64,000 bases of DNA from an uncultured Bacteroidota bacterium (GTDB taxonomy: Bacteria; Bacteroidota; Bacteroidia; Bacteroidales; 4484-276). Under the pieces are notes generated by a model. The model was not told the DNA's origin and searched no databases. It saw only the letters and a program-made list of their open reading frames with translations. Each line of letters starts with the position of its first letter. The stretch's first letter is position 1. The stretch is from assembly GCA_903944895.1 (NCBI GenBank), contig CAJATL010000021.1:2736-66735 (forward strand). Reading direction: 5' to 3'. A program made the translations under genes and the position numbers. Below are positions 26,234 to 35,461 of this stretch, in pieces.

Positions 26234-28015
26234 ATGAAGCAGCACATTTCTCATATGGTGAGGAACCGGGCAGACCAATTCGGCGAGCGTGAGGTTTTCA
26301 GGTTTCGTCAGAGTAAAAGCAAAATATTTAGTAAATTGAATTGGAATCAATTGATCCCGGAAACTAATCGGGTTTCAAAAGCACTAATTAGTTTAGGCTG
26401 CGAGCACGAATCAATGATTGGGATTTTCAGTGAAAATCGTGTAGAATGGACAATTGCTGACCTGGGAATTCTGGCTATTAGAGGTATTGTTGTTCCTTTT
26501 TATGCAACTTCGTCGGCGCATCAAGCAAAATATATTATCGACGAAACCGGGATAAAAGTACTTTTTGTTGGAAATCAGGAGCAGGTAATTAAAGCAAATT
26601 GGCTTATTGACCATTGCGAAACGCTGAAGAAAATTATAGTTTTTGAAGATGGTGATTGTCCTCGGGATAGTCGCTTTATGAGTTGGCAGGATTTTAAATC
26701 TTTAGGAAATGATTCGGGTCTGAATTCAAAATTGGAGAAATTACTTGAAGATGCACAACCCGAAGATCTGGCAACAGTGATTTACACTTCCGGAACGTCA
26801 GGAGAACCCAAGGGAGTGATGCTTGCTCACGAAAATTTTATGTATGCTTTTAAAATCCATGAATCCCGTCTCAACGTTACCGAAAATGATGTTTCGTTGT
26901 GTTTTTTGCCGTTGAGCCATGTTTTTGAGCGTATTTGGACTTATAACATGCTTTATTGCGGAGCTATCAATACTTTCCTCGAAAACCCACGCGAAGTTAT
27001 CGAAACACTGCCACTTGCAAAACCCACCGTGATGTGCACAGTACCACGTTTTTTTGAGAAAACTTATGATGGTATTCAAAATGAGCTTACCATCTGGCCG
27101 GGATACAAAAAGAAGATTTTTAACTGGAGTATTGATATTGGTCATCAAATGATTGAATTTCGCAAGGATGCTAAGAAAGCACCTACCAACCTCCGGTTTA
27201 AATATAAAATTGCTGACAAATTGGTTTTAAGTAAACTTCGTGGCGTTTTGGGAGGAAATTTCAAGAGTATGCCTTGTGCCGGGGCAGCCATCAATCCAAA
27301 ACTACTTCGGTTTTTCCATGCCACTGGTCTTTTTATTACTTATGGCTATGGCGCCACCGAAACATCTGCAACCGTTTCATGCTTTAGGAGTGATATTTAC
27401 GATTTTGATACCTGTGGTAGCATCATGCCAGGTATTGATGTAAAAATCAGCACTGAAGGCGAGATTTTGATTAAAGGAAAGACAATTTTCAAAGGATATT
27501 TTAAAAAGCCAGAGGCAACCGCAAGCGTTTTAATTGATGGGTGGTATCGCACCGGAGATCAGGGAAGACTTATCAGAAATGAACATTTGGTGATGGTTGA
27601 CCGGATTAAAGATTTGATGAAGACTTCGGTAGGAAAATACATTTCTCCTCAAAAACTTGAACTCCTGCTTGGTCAGGATGCGTTTATCGAACAGATTATT
27701 GTGGCTGGCGATAACAGAAAATATGTTACAGCATTAATTGTTCCTTCATTTGAAAACCTGAGGATTTATTATAAAAATCTTGGTAATGAAGAAGTTAATA
27801 ACGAAACACTTATTGCCATGCCAGAGATTATCGAAATGATTAAAACCCGGATTGACCAACTACAACAGGAACTTACACCATACGAGCGCATTGTTAAGTT
27901 TACACTACTTCCGGAGCCATTTAGTATCCTGAATAATGGTCTGACAAATACCTTAAAAGTGAAAAGAAACTTACTTCTTCAAAAATATAACGACTTGGTC
28001 GAAAAAATGTATTAA
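26234..28015 (+). CDS. Long-chain fatty-acid--CoA ligase (AMP-forming acyl-CoA synthetase)
   Basis: Start trimmed to MKQHISHMVRNRADQFGEREVF. AMP-binding motif YTSGTSGEPKGVML, then YGATE and GWYRTGD. 593 aa. Confidence 0.85.
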   Translation: MKQHISHMVRNRADQFGEREVFRFRQSKSKIFSKLNWNQLIPETNRVSKALISLGCEHESMIGIFSENRVEWTIADLGILAIRGIVVPFYATSSAHQAKYIIDETGIKVLFVGNQEQVIKANWLIDHCETLKKIIVFEDGDCPRDSRFMSWQDFKSLGNDSGLNSKLEKLLEDAQPEDLATVIYTSGTSGEPKGVMLAHENFMYAFKIHESRLNVTENDVSLCFLPLSHVFERIWTYNMLYCGAINTFLENPREVIETLPLAKPTVMCTVPRFFEKTYDGIQNELTIWPGYKKKIFNWSIDIGHQMIEFRKDAKKAPTNLRFKYKIADKLVLSKLRGVLGGNFKSMPCAGAAINPKLLRFFHATGLFITYGYGATETSATVSCFRSDIYDFDTCGSIMPGIDVKISTEGEILIKGKTIFKGYFKKPEATASVLIDGWYRTGDQGRLIRNEHLVMVDRIKDLMKTSVGKYISPQKLELLLGQDAFIEQIIVAGDNRKYVTALIVPSFENLRIYYKNLGNEEVNNETLIAMPEIIEMIKTRIDQLQQELTPYERIVKFTLLPEPFSILNNGLTNTLKVKRNLLLQKYNDLVEKMY

Positions 28016-28878
28016 CGGCTTAATTTCCATCGCCGGTGCGACCATAACCAGTTTTCGGGATGAGCCTTAATTGTAGTTTCCAACCGTTTTCCAAATTTTC
28101 GGGTGATTTCATTTTCAGGCAAATCGGCAGGATTTTCAACTAAACACGAAAGTTCTAAAGTGTAATATCCTCTTTTTTTTCTTTGGATATCTACATAAAA
28201 TATGGGATAATTATTATTAATGGAATGTTTTTCAGGGCCATGTAAAAATGCAGTATCTTTTCCCAGAAAATCAACCCAAATTGCTTTCTCAGCCTTTGCC
28301 GGGCTTTGATCGGCAGCCATTATGAAAATTGTTTTTTTTGACTTAAATTTTTCAAAGGCTGTTGTTGTTTCCGAAATTGAAGCAAGGGTTGTTCCAAATC
28401 TTGATCTGCTCCATCTGAGAAACATATCTATCCATTTGTTGCTTAGAGGTTTGTAGAAGGCAACAATATTATAATTGGTTTGTAGTCCTGCCGATAAACT
28501 TCCCCATTCCCAATTTGCATTATGTCCTGTAACAGCAATTATGCTTTTTCCTTGTTCAAAGTAAGGGTCAAGAATTTCCGGATTTAAAATATGATGACGT
28601 TTATTAATCTGGGTGTGGGACATAGTAAAGCTTTTGATGCCTTCTATTAAAATATCCGAAAGGTTTTTATAGAAAAGCCGGATAAGTTTTTCAATCTCAT
28701 TTTGATTCAGCTCAGGAAAAGTACTGATTAGATTCTGTTTTACTATTTCCTTTCGGTAACGACTGACATGAAGTAAAATGAAATAAACAAGGCCTGAAAA
28801 CAGGTAAAGTAACGAAAACGGGAGAATCCCGATAAAAAGAACAAAAAACAGGAATACAATTGTTAGAATAAGTTTCAT
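28012..28878 (-). CDS. LpxL/HtrB-family lipid A (lysophospholipid) acyltransferase
   Basis: Start trimmed to MKLILTIVFLFFVLF (ATG 28876-28878). It has an N-terminal TM helix, an HxxxxE-type motif (GHNANWEW) and an ENWLWSHRRWK C-terminus typical of the family. Its 3' end overlaps the convergent acyl-CoA ligase gene by 4 nt. Confidence 0.75.
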   Translation of the reverse strand: MKLILTIVFLFFVLFIGILPFSLLYLFSGLVYFILLHVSRYRKEIVKQNLISTFPELNQNEIEKLIRLFYKNLSDILIEGIKSFTMSHTQINKRHHILNPEILDPYFEQGKSIIAVTGHNANWEWGSLSAGLQTNYNIVAFYKPLSNKWIDMFLRWSRSRFGTTLASISETTTAFEKFKSKKTIFIMAADQSPAKAEKAIWVDFLGKDTAFLHGPEKHSINNNYPIFYVDIQRKKRGYYTLELSCLVENPADLPENEITRKFGKRLETTIKAHPENWLWSHRRWKLSR

Positions 28879-28954
28879 GTCAATATTTTTTGGAAGTATT
28901 GCGAGCATAAAAGCGCTACGATTTTACATGTTTGATCCAGGTTTTGTTTTTGGG

Positions 28955-29008
28955 GTAAAGAAAAACCGGAATAATTTTGAAGTAAACTTCTCAAATTATC
29001 CCGGTTTT
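28955..29008 (-). terminator. Long-hairpin terminator downstream of the csp gene
   Basis: Minus-strand reading is AAAACCGGGATAATTTGAGAAGT-ttac-TTCAAAATTATTCCGGTTTTT followed by CTTT, an imperfect stem of ~20 bp. Confidence 0.6.
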
Positions 29009-29100
29009 ACAAATTGTTGTGGTTAGAAAAACCACCTTTTTATGTTCATCATCACTTAAAAAGTGATTGTATTCTCGTGTTTCCTGAAATGAGGAACTAC

Positions 29101-29298
29101 TTATTTAGATTGTCTAACTTTGGTTGCAATTGGGCCTTTATTCCCTTTTTCAACTTCAAACTCAACTGATTGACCAGGCTCTAAGTGCATAAATGAATTT
29201 TCGAGACCTGAACGGTGAACGAAAATATCTTTAGCGTCTTCGGTTTCTATGAAGCCAAAACCTTTGGTTTCATTGTACCATTTTACTTTACCTTTCAT
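29101..29298 (-). CDS. Cold-shock domain protein (CspA family)
   Basis: 65 aa. [28 protein letters not shown] carries the RNP1/RNP2 motifs of the CSD. Confidence 0.92.
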   Translation of the reverse strand: MKGKVKWYNETKGFGFIETEDAKDIFVHRSGLENSFMHLEPGQSVEFEVEKGNKGPIATKVRQSK

Positions 29299-29309
29299 GG
29301 TTGTGTTTT

Positions 29310-29660
29310 TTAGTAGTTCGACCTGAAATTGTTACGGCCTCTGCTGTTGTTGTTGTCTTTTCTGAAGTTTCCACCGCCGCCGCTGCCGCCGCCGCCACCT
29401 GGACGTCTGTTGTTGTCTTTTCTCTCTTCTGATTTGTTAACAACAATGGTTCTGCCTTTAAAATCATGACCATTCAATTCTTCAATTGCCTGATTTGCTT
29501 CAGTATCGTCGGCCATTTCTACAAAACCAAAGCCTTTGCTTTTGCCTGAATACTTGTCAATAATGATTTTTGCTGACGTTACTTCGCCATACTCTTCGAA
29601 AATGTCTCTTAATTCTGCCTCGTCTACATTGTAACTAAGGCTACCTACGTAAATGTTCAT
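29310..29660 (-). CDS. RRM-type RNA-binding protein with Gly/Arg-rich tail
   Basis: Start trimmed to [12 protein letters not shown] (RNP2). RNP1 is KGFGFVEM and the tail is [25 protein letters not shown]. It lies 11 nt upstream of csp on the same strand. Confidence 0.87.
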   Translation of the reverse strand: MNIYVGSLSYNVDEAELRDIFEEYGEVTSAKIIIDKYSGKSKGFGFVEMADDTEANQAIEELNGHDFKGRTIVVNKSEERKDNNRRPGGGGGSGGGGNFRKDNNNSRGRNNFRSNY

Positions 29661-29705
29661 TTGTAATGTGTTAAAATTGATATTATTAGTGTTATAAAAA
29701 CGGGG

Positions 29706-29713
29706 CAAAGGTA
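29706..29713 (-). promoter_or_regulatory. -7 promoter box TACCTTTG for the RRM-csp pair
   Basis: The reverse complement of CAAAGGTA gives TACCTTTG, 46 nt upstream of ATG 29660. Confidence 0.4.
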
Positions 29714-29826
29714 AGCTTAAATTTCACACATCAACATTTTACCTTGTAATATTTAACTTTTTAACATTAATTAATCAAATTCAAGGATTTAAATAGCTTT
29801 GGTAAAAACAGTTGAAAAAATTGAGC

Positions 29827-29834
29827 TACTTTTG
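29827..29834 (+). promoter_or_regulatory. -7 promoter box TACTTTTG upstream of typA
   Basis: Matches TAnnTTTG, 37 nt upstream of ATG 29871. Confidence 0.4.
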
Positions 29835-29870
29835 CAAACTTTTTAAGAAAGTAAAATTAATTGATTTTCA

Positions 29871-31685
29871 ATGCAAAATATAAGAAATATTGCTATTATC
29901 GCCCATGTTGACCATGGCAAAACTACGCTGGTTGATCGCATTTTACACCAGGTGAAATTATTCCGTGATAACCAGGAGGTCGAGGAGTTAATTCTTGATT
30001 CCAATGACCTGGAGCGCGAAAGAGGAATTACAATTTTGTCCAAAAACGTTTCGGTACGTTATAAAGGTGTAAAAATTAACATTATCGATACTCCCGGTCA
30101 CTCCGACTTTGGCGGAGAAGTTGAACGTGTTCTTAATATGGCTGATGGAGCCATTTTATTGGTTGATGCCTTTGAAGGTCCAATGCCACAAACCCGCTTT
30201 GTTTTACAGAAGGCTTTGGCTTTAGGATTAAAACCTATTGTGGTTGTAAATAAAGTCGATAAACTCAACTGCTCGCCTGATGAAGTGCACGAAGCAGTTT
30301 TCGACCTGATGTACAGCCTCGATGCTACCGAAGACCAGCTAAGTTTTCCTACCGTTTATGGTTCGTCAAAGCAAGGATGGATGTCATCGGATTGGAAAAT
30401 CCCTGCTACCGATATCAGCTATTTACTCGACACCATTATTGAATACATCCAACCACCAACAAACAATCCTGGCAATTTGCAAATGCAGATCAGTTCGCTT
30501 GATTATTCTTCGTATTTAGGAAGAATTGCTGTAGGCAGGATTCTGAGGGGATCAATAAAAATGGGGATGCCGGTTGCAGTAGTTAAAGGGGATGGTAGCA
30601 TTGTTAAATCAGTCATCAAGGAATTGTACCTTTTTGAAGGATTAAGCAAGGAAAAAATAAAAACAGAGGTTGGTGCCGGCGAAATATGTGCAGTGCTTGG
30701 ACTTGAAACTTTTGACATCGGCGATACGATTGCTGATTTTGATGCTCCAGAAGGACTTGCTCCGCTTAATGTAGATGAGCCTACCATGAGCATGCTTTTT
30801 ACCATCAATAATTCTCCTTTTTTTGGTAAAGAAGGTGTTTTTGTTACTTCACGGCATTTGCGTGATCGCTTGTACCATGAAACCGAGAAAAACCTTGCTT
30901 TGCGAATTGAAGAAACCGATTCTCCAGAAAAGCTCCTTGTGTTCGGCAGAGGGATATTACATCTCTCGATTCTTGTAGAAACCATGCGCCGCGAGGGTTA
31001 CGAATTTCAGTTAGGCCAGCCACAGGTAATTATAAAGGAAATTGACGGGGTTAAACATGAACCAATTGAAATGCTTACCGTGCATGTGGTCGAACAGTTT
31101 TCAGGGAAAGTCATCGAAATTGTTACGAGGCGAAGAGGCGAAATTTTGAATATTTCCACACGGAATGACCGTGTTGTGCTTGAATTTTCGATTCCTGCAA
31201 GGGGAATTATCGGGCTTACAAATCCAATTCTCACAGCAACCGAAGGTGAAGCAATCATGGCGCATCGTTTTAGTGCTTATGAACCCTGGAAAGGCGATAT
31301 TCCAAGCCGCAGAAATGGTTCATTAATTGCCATGGAAACCGGAACTGCAATTGCTTATTCGATTGACAAACTTCAGGATAGGGGAAGATTTTTCATCGAT
31401 CCCAAACAGGAAATTTATGCCGGGCAGATTATCGGAGAAAATACCCGCATGGACGACATTATTGTAAATGTGACAAAAACCAAAAAGCTAACAAATATCA
31501 GGGCTTCCGGTACCGACGATAAAGCTGCAATTACTCCGGCCATTAAATTTTCGCTGGAAGAAGCAATGGAATATATTCGTGGAGACGAATACGTTGAAGT
31601 AACTCCTAAATCAATTCGTATCCGTAAAATCTATCTCGACGAAAACGAAAGAAAACGCCGCTCAAAATCGGAAACAGGGATGTAA
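29871..31685 (+). CDS. typA: Translational GTPase TypA/BipA
   Basis: 604 aa. MQNIRNIAIIAHVDHGKTTLVD, DTPGHSDFGGEVER and NKVD are the GTPase motifs, and the TypA-specific C-terminal region is present. Confidence 0.95.
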   Translation: MQNIRNIAIIAHVDHGKTTLVDRILHQVKLFRDNQEVEELILDSNDLERERGITILSKNVSVRYKGVKINIIDTPGHSDFGGEVERVLNMADGAILLVDAFEGPMPQTRFVLQKALALGLKPIVVVNKVDKLNCSPDEVHEAVFDLMYSLDATEDQLSFPTVYGSSKQGWMSSDWKIPATDISYLLDTIIEYIQPPTNNPGNLQMQISSLDYSSYLGRIAVGRILRGSIKMGMPVAVVKGDGSIVKSVIKELYLFEGLSKEKIKTEVGAGEICAVLGLETFDIGDTIADFDAPEGLAPLNVDEPTMSMLFTINNSPFFGKEGVFVTSRHLRDRLYHETEKNLALRIEETDSPEKLLVFGRGILHLSILVETMRREGYEFQLGQPQVIIKEIDGVKHEPIEMLTVHVVEQFSGKVIEIVTRRRGEILNISTRNDRVVLEFSIPARGIIGLTNPILTATEGEAIMAHRFSAYEPWKGDIPSRRNGSLIAMETGTAIAYSIDKLQDRGRFFIDPKQEIYAGQIIGENTRMDDIIVNVTKTKKLTNIRASGTDDKAAITPAIKFSLEEAMEYIRGDEYVEVTPKSIRIRKIYLDENERKRRSKSETGM

Positions 31686-31733
31686 TTTTAGAATTTGAAA
31701 CCCTGAACTAAACTTTTGAGGATAGAAAATGCA

Positions 31734-33263
31734 TTAATCATTTTCTTCAGAAGTTGGTTTTAAGGATTTAAAGGCATTTCCAAGATTTTTAATAATATCG
31801 CCTGCAATCATCGATTCAGGCGATATTTTTTCAGCAGCAATATCTCCGGCAAGGCCGTGAAGATAAACGCCAAGAATGCAGGCACCAAACGAAGTATAGC
31901 TCTGAGCCAAAAGGCCAAGGATAATCCCGGTAAGCACATCACCACTGCCGGCAGTGGCCATGCCCGGGTTTCCGGTTGAATTGAAAAAGCATTTTCCTTT
32001 TGGTGTCGAAATGCAGGTGTGGGCGCCTTTAACAATCACATAAACATTGTTTTTTATCGAGAATTCACGTTGAAGTGATAACCGTTCAAAATTGTTTTTT
32101 GTCTTTACAGCCAGACGCTCAAATTCCTTTGGATGCGGTGTTAAGATGCTATCGGGGGGCAAAAACGAAATCCAGGTTTTGTTTTCTCCAAGAATATTAA
32201 TTGCATCAGCATCCAAAATTAAGGGCACGGATGAATTTTGAATAATTAGTTTTAAGGCATTCTGTGTTTGTTTTTCCATCCCAATCCCCGGTCCAACTCC
32301 GATTGCATTGTAAAATTCAAGATCAGGCACTGAACCGAAAAAATGTTCATTCTCGTCAATGCTGAGCATACATTCCGGAATGGCAGTTTGTAAAATCTGA
32401 TAACCCAACTTTGGAATATGACAGGTTACAAGTCCGGCTCCAGACCTTAAACAAGCTTTTGAAGATAAAACCGCAGCACCCATTTTTCCGTAACTTCCCG
32501 AAATATTCAAAGCATGTCCAAAAGTCCCTTTATGAGCAAATTTATTTCTGGTTTTGAGTAAAAGACGACAATCCTCTTTTCCGATTAAGTAATCCTGCAC
32601 CGATACCCCGTCAACAAAGGCTTGTGACAGGCCAATCGGCAGAATCTCCCATTGCCCGACATATTGATCGTTCTCGGGGAGTAAAAATGCAAGTTTAGGA
32701 AATTGAAATGTTAAAGTGTAGTCGGCTTCGATAATTGCCCCGTTAGTTGCGGATGAATTTTCATCACAAAAAAGCCCCGAAGGAACATCAATGGATATTG
32801 TAATTGATTCGCCACTGTTTATTTGCCTGATGATTTGCGCAATATAACCTTGCACGGGCTTTGTTAATCCTGACCCAAGAATTGCATCAATGACGAGTTC
32901 ATTTTTGTGAATTTCAGGTATTTTATCGCCTTCGTTAAGTTGAATAATCGAAACTTCCGGGTATTGTTTCAACTGATCCAGGTTGGTAATAAAATCGTTT
33001 GAAAATTTCCCGGAAGGTTGAAAGATGAAAACCTGAACCTCGAAGTAATTTTTGGCCAGCAGGCGTGCAATGGCAAGTCCATCGCCACCATTGTTTCCCG
33101 GGCCGCAAAAAACTTTTACAGGTTGCGATGAATTTGTCCTTTTCTTGATCCATTTAAAACATGCCCGTGCCGCACGTTCCATCAGCTCGATGGATTCGAC
33201 AGGTTCGTTTAAAATGGTAAAGGCATCGGCTTCTCTGATTTTATCGACAGGTAGAATTTTCAT
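31734..33263 (-). CDS. nnr: Bifunctional NAD(P)H-hydrate repair enzyme (epimerase + ADP-dependent dehydratase)
   Basis: Start trimmed to MKILPVDKIREADAFT. The YjeF_N motif is CGPGNNGGDG and the C-terminal kinase-like motifs are GTGDVLTGII-type (GSGDVLTGIILGL). Confidence 0.9.
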   Translation of the reverse strand: MKILPVDKIREADAFTILNEPVESIELMERAARACFKWIKKRTNSSQPVKVFCGPGNNGGDGLAIARLLAKNYFEVQVFIFQPSGKFSNDFITNLDQLKQYPEVSIIQLNEGDKIPEIHKNELVIDAILGSGLTKPVQGYIAQIIRQINSGESITISIDVPSGLFCDENSSATNGAIIEADYTLTFQFPKLAFLLPENDQYVGQWEILPIGLSQAFVDGVSVQDYLIGKEDCRLLLKTRNKFAHKGTFGHALNISGSYGKMGAAVLSSKACLRSGAGLVTCHIPKLGYQILQTAIPECMLSIDENEHFFGSVPDLEFYNAIGVGPGIGMEKQTQNALKLIIQNSSVPLILDADAINILGENKTWISFLPPDSILTPHPKEFERLAVKTKNNFERLSLQREFSIKNNVYVIVKGAHTCISTPKGKCFFNSTGNPGMATAGSGDVLTGIILGLLAQSYTSFGACILGVYLHGLAGDIAAEKISPESMIAGDIIKNLGNAFKSLKPTSEEND

Positions 33264-33378
33264 TTCAGTTAATTTTTTTCGTAAAATTAACCCGAATTTC
33301 TGATAAATGGAAAACCTCAAAAGTATTTTAGGTGAATAATCTCCTATTTCAACAATGAGCCTTTACCGTGGAAATGGT

Positions 33379-33386
33379 TATTTTTG
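33379..33386 (+). promoter_or_regulatory. -7 promoter box TATTTTTG
   Basis: Matches TAnnTTTG, 27 nt upstream of ATG 33413. Confidence 0.4.
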
Positions 33387-33412
33387 CCAAAATTTCTTTA
33401 AATAATGAGTTT

Positions 33413-33925
33413 ATGATTTCATCGTTCAAAAAGATTGATCCAAAGGATTTTGAAGGTAATGTTATTCAAAAAATCGGGTTTGACTGGATGCTCATTACTG
33501 CCGGCAATAGCGAAAAATTCAATACAATGACCGCTTCATGGGGTGGAATGGGCTATTTATGGAATAAACCTGTTGCCTTCATTTTTATCCGGCCCCAGCG
33601 TTTTACTTACGAATTTGCCGAGGCAAACGAATATTTTACCCTTCATTTTTTTGATGAAAGATACCGTGAAATTTTGGATTTCTGTGGAACTAAATCGGGG
33701 CGCGATGTAAATAAAATTGCTCAAACCGGTTTGAAGGTATTTGCCAGTTCACGAAATAATATTTATTACGAACAGTCGTATTTGCAGATGGAGTGCCGGA
33801 AATTGTATTTTGATGACATTAATCCTGAGCATTTTTTAGATGAAAAAATCATCAGGAATTATCCTAAAAATGATTTCCACCGTTTTTATATTGGCGAAAT
33901 AGTCGAATGCATCGAAAGGTATTAG
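33413..33925 (+). CDS. Flavin reductase-like (FMN-binding split-barrel) protein
   Basis: Start trimmed to MISSFKKIDPKDF. WMLITAG...NTMTASWGGMGYLWNKPV is characteristic of the flavin reductase-like domain family. Confidence 0.65.
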   Translation: MISSFKKIDPKDFEGNVIQKIGFDWMLITAGNSEKFNTMTASWGGMGYLWNKPVAFIFIRPQRFTYEFAEANEYFTLHFFDERYREILDFCGTKSGRDVNKIAQTGLKVFASSRNNIYYEQSYLQMECRKLYFDDINPEHFLDEKIIRNYPKNDFHRFYIGEIVECIERY

Positions 33926-33982
33926 TGGCCATCTTTAACATTATTATGTATTAAAATATGGCTTCTGCCGATTTTGTTTGCT

Positions 33983-33990
33983 AATTTTGG
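33983..33990 (+). promoter_or_regulatory. -7 promoter box TAATTTTG
   Basis: Matches TAnnTTTG, 27 nt upstream of ATG 34017. Confidence 0.4.
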
Positions 33991-34016
33991 GCACTTTTTT
34001 AAAATAGCTTTTTTCA

Positions 34017-34565
34017 ATGTTTCAAAACCTACGAATCAGAATTATTCATTATTTCATCAACCGTGAATTAAAGCGTAATGGCAGGGATAAACTGGCTACA
34101 AGCATTACGCAGGCAAAAACAGTGGGGGTATTATTCTCGACTGAAAATGAAAAATACAATGAATTGATCAGCAAATTTATCGAAGACCTTTCATCAACAA
34201 GGAAGTTTGTACACGCTTTAGGATTTGTTCCTGCCACGCATGTCCCTGGTATTTTTTTCTCCACTATGAAAATTGATATTATTACGCCAAAGGATTTTAA
34301 TTTTTTTGGGGTGCCGGTCAGCGGGGTAATAAAGCAATTTATTAGTAAAAAATTTGACATTTTAATTGATCTGACCCTGATTGACCACCTGCCCATCGAA
34401 TACATTGCAAGTGTTTCGCATGCCGGCTTTAAGGCCGGGCGTTATCGCGAAGTTATGGTGAAGCATTATGATTTTTTAGTTGCGAAAAATGAAGACATGA
34501 ACGAATCAGAGTATCTTAAATATTTCCTCGATTATCTGACAAAAATTAATACCTCAGTTTTATGA
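34017..34565 (+). CDS. Hypothetical protein translationally coupled to dapA
   Basis: 182-aa ORF whose stop overlaps the dapA start by 4 nt (ATGA). I recognise no motif. Confidence 0.5.
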   Translation: MFQNLRIRIIHYFINRELKRNGRDKLATSITQAKTVGVLFSTENEKYNELISKFIEDLSSTRKFVHALGFVPATHVPGIFFSTMKIDIITPKDFNFFGVPVSGVIKQFISKKFDILIDLTLIDHLPIEYIASVSHAGFKAGRYREVMVKHYDFLVAKNEDMNESEYLKYFLDYLTKINTSVL

Positions 34566-35449
34566 AAAAAAAGTTCCAGGGAACCGGTGTTGCATTGGTG
34601 ACTCCATTTCACAAGTATAGCACTGTTGATTTTGCTTCGCTTGAGAAAATTGTTGAACACACAGTTGGAAATGGAGTTGACTACCTTGTTGTTTTGGGAA
34701 CCACTGCCGAATCGCCCACATTATCCAAAGATGAAAAAAGAGCAGTGGTCGATTTTGTTGTCGAAACAGTTAATAAACGCGTGCCCATCGTTCAGGGAAT
34801 TGGCGGAAATAATACCCAGGAAATTGTCGATACGATCAAATCTTCATCGTTCGAAGGAATTGATGCAATTTTATCGGTTTGCCCTTATTATAACAAACCT
34901 CAGCAAAAAGGCATTTATTATCACTTCAAAACCATTGCAAGTGTTTCGCCGGTTCCGGTAATTTTGTACAATGTGCCTGGACGATGTGGCGCAAACATTT
35001 CGGCCGATACTACTTTGCAACTTGCCAAAGAACTTAACAACATTATCGGAATCAAGGAAGCTTCGGGCAATTTTGACCAGATCATGCGGATTCTGAAAGA
35101 TAAACCAAAGGACTTTCTAGTAATTTCGGGTGATGATGCCCTTACTTTGCCATTGATGTCATTGGGTGTTGAAGGGGTGATTTCGGTTGTTGCAAATGCT
35201 TTTCCTTCACAATTTTCGAAAATGGTAAACCTTTGCCTTGACGGAAATTTTGCTGAGGCAGCTAAAATTCATTTCGGCTTGTTGGAAATTATTAACACAC
35301 TTTTTGAAGATGGAAGCCCCGCAGGGATTAAAGCAGCGCTGCAAATTCTCGACCTCAATCAGAATAATCTGCGTCTTCCGCTGGTAAAAGCCAACAAATC
35401 CGTTTATCTTCAATTAACCAATCTGATTACTAACTATTTGCATATATAA
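34562..35449 (+). CDS. dapA: 4-hydroxy-tetrahydrodipicolinate synthase
   Basis: 295 aa. GTGVALVTPF, LGTTAES and the catalytic Lys context IIGIKEASGN. Confidence 0.93.
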   Translation: MKKKFQGTGVALVTPFHKYSTVDFASLEKIVEHTVGNGVDYLVVLGTTAESPTLSKDEKRAVVDFVVETVNKRVPIVQGIGGNNTQEIVDTIKSSSFEGIDAILSVCPYYNKPQQKGIYYHFKTIASVSPVPVILYNVPGRCGANISADTTLQLAKELNNIIGIKEASGNFDQIMRILKDKPKDFLVISGDDALTLPLMSLGVEGVISVVANAFPSQFSKMVNLCLDGNFAEAAKIHFGLLEIINTLFEDGSPAGIKAALQILDLNQNNLRLPLVKANKSVYLQLTNLITNYLHI

Positions 35450-35461
35450 TTAATAATAAAA

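Noticed and set aside
28012-28015. 4-nt overlaps of convergent gene ends (28012-28015 and 39575-39578) as possible antisense regulation
   Set aside because: Tail-to-tail overlaps of a few nt are common in compact bacterial genomes, and nothing else in the sequence supports a special mechanism.
29288-29473. 61-aa ORF with a poly-Ala run overlapping the RRM gene
   Set aside because: It is an out-of-frame reading of the GGN-rich Gly/Arg tail region of the well-supported RRM protein on the same strand.
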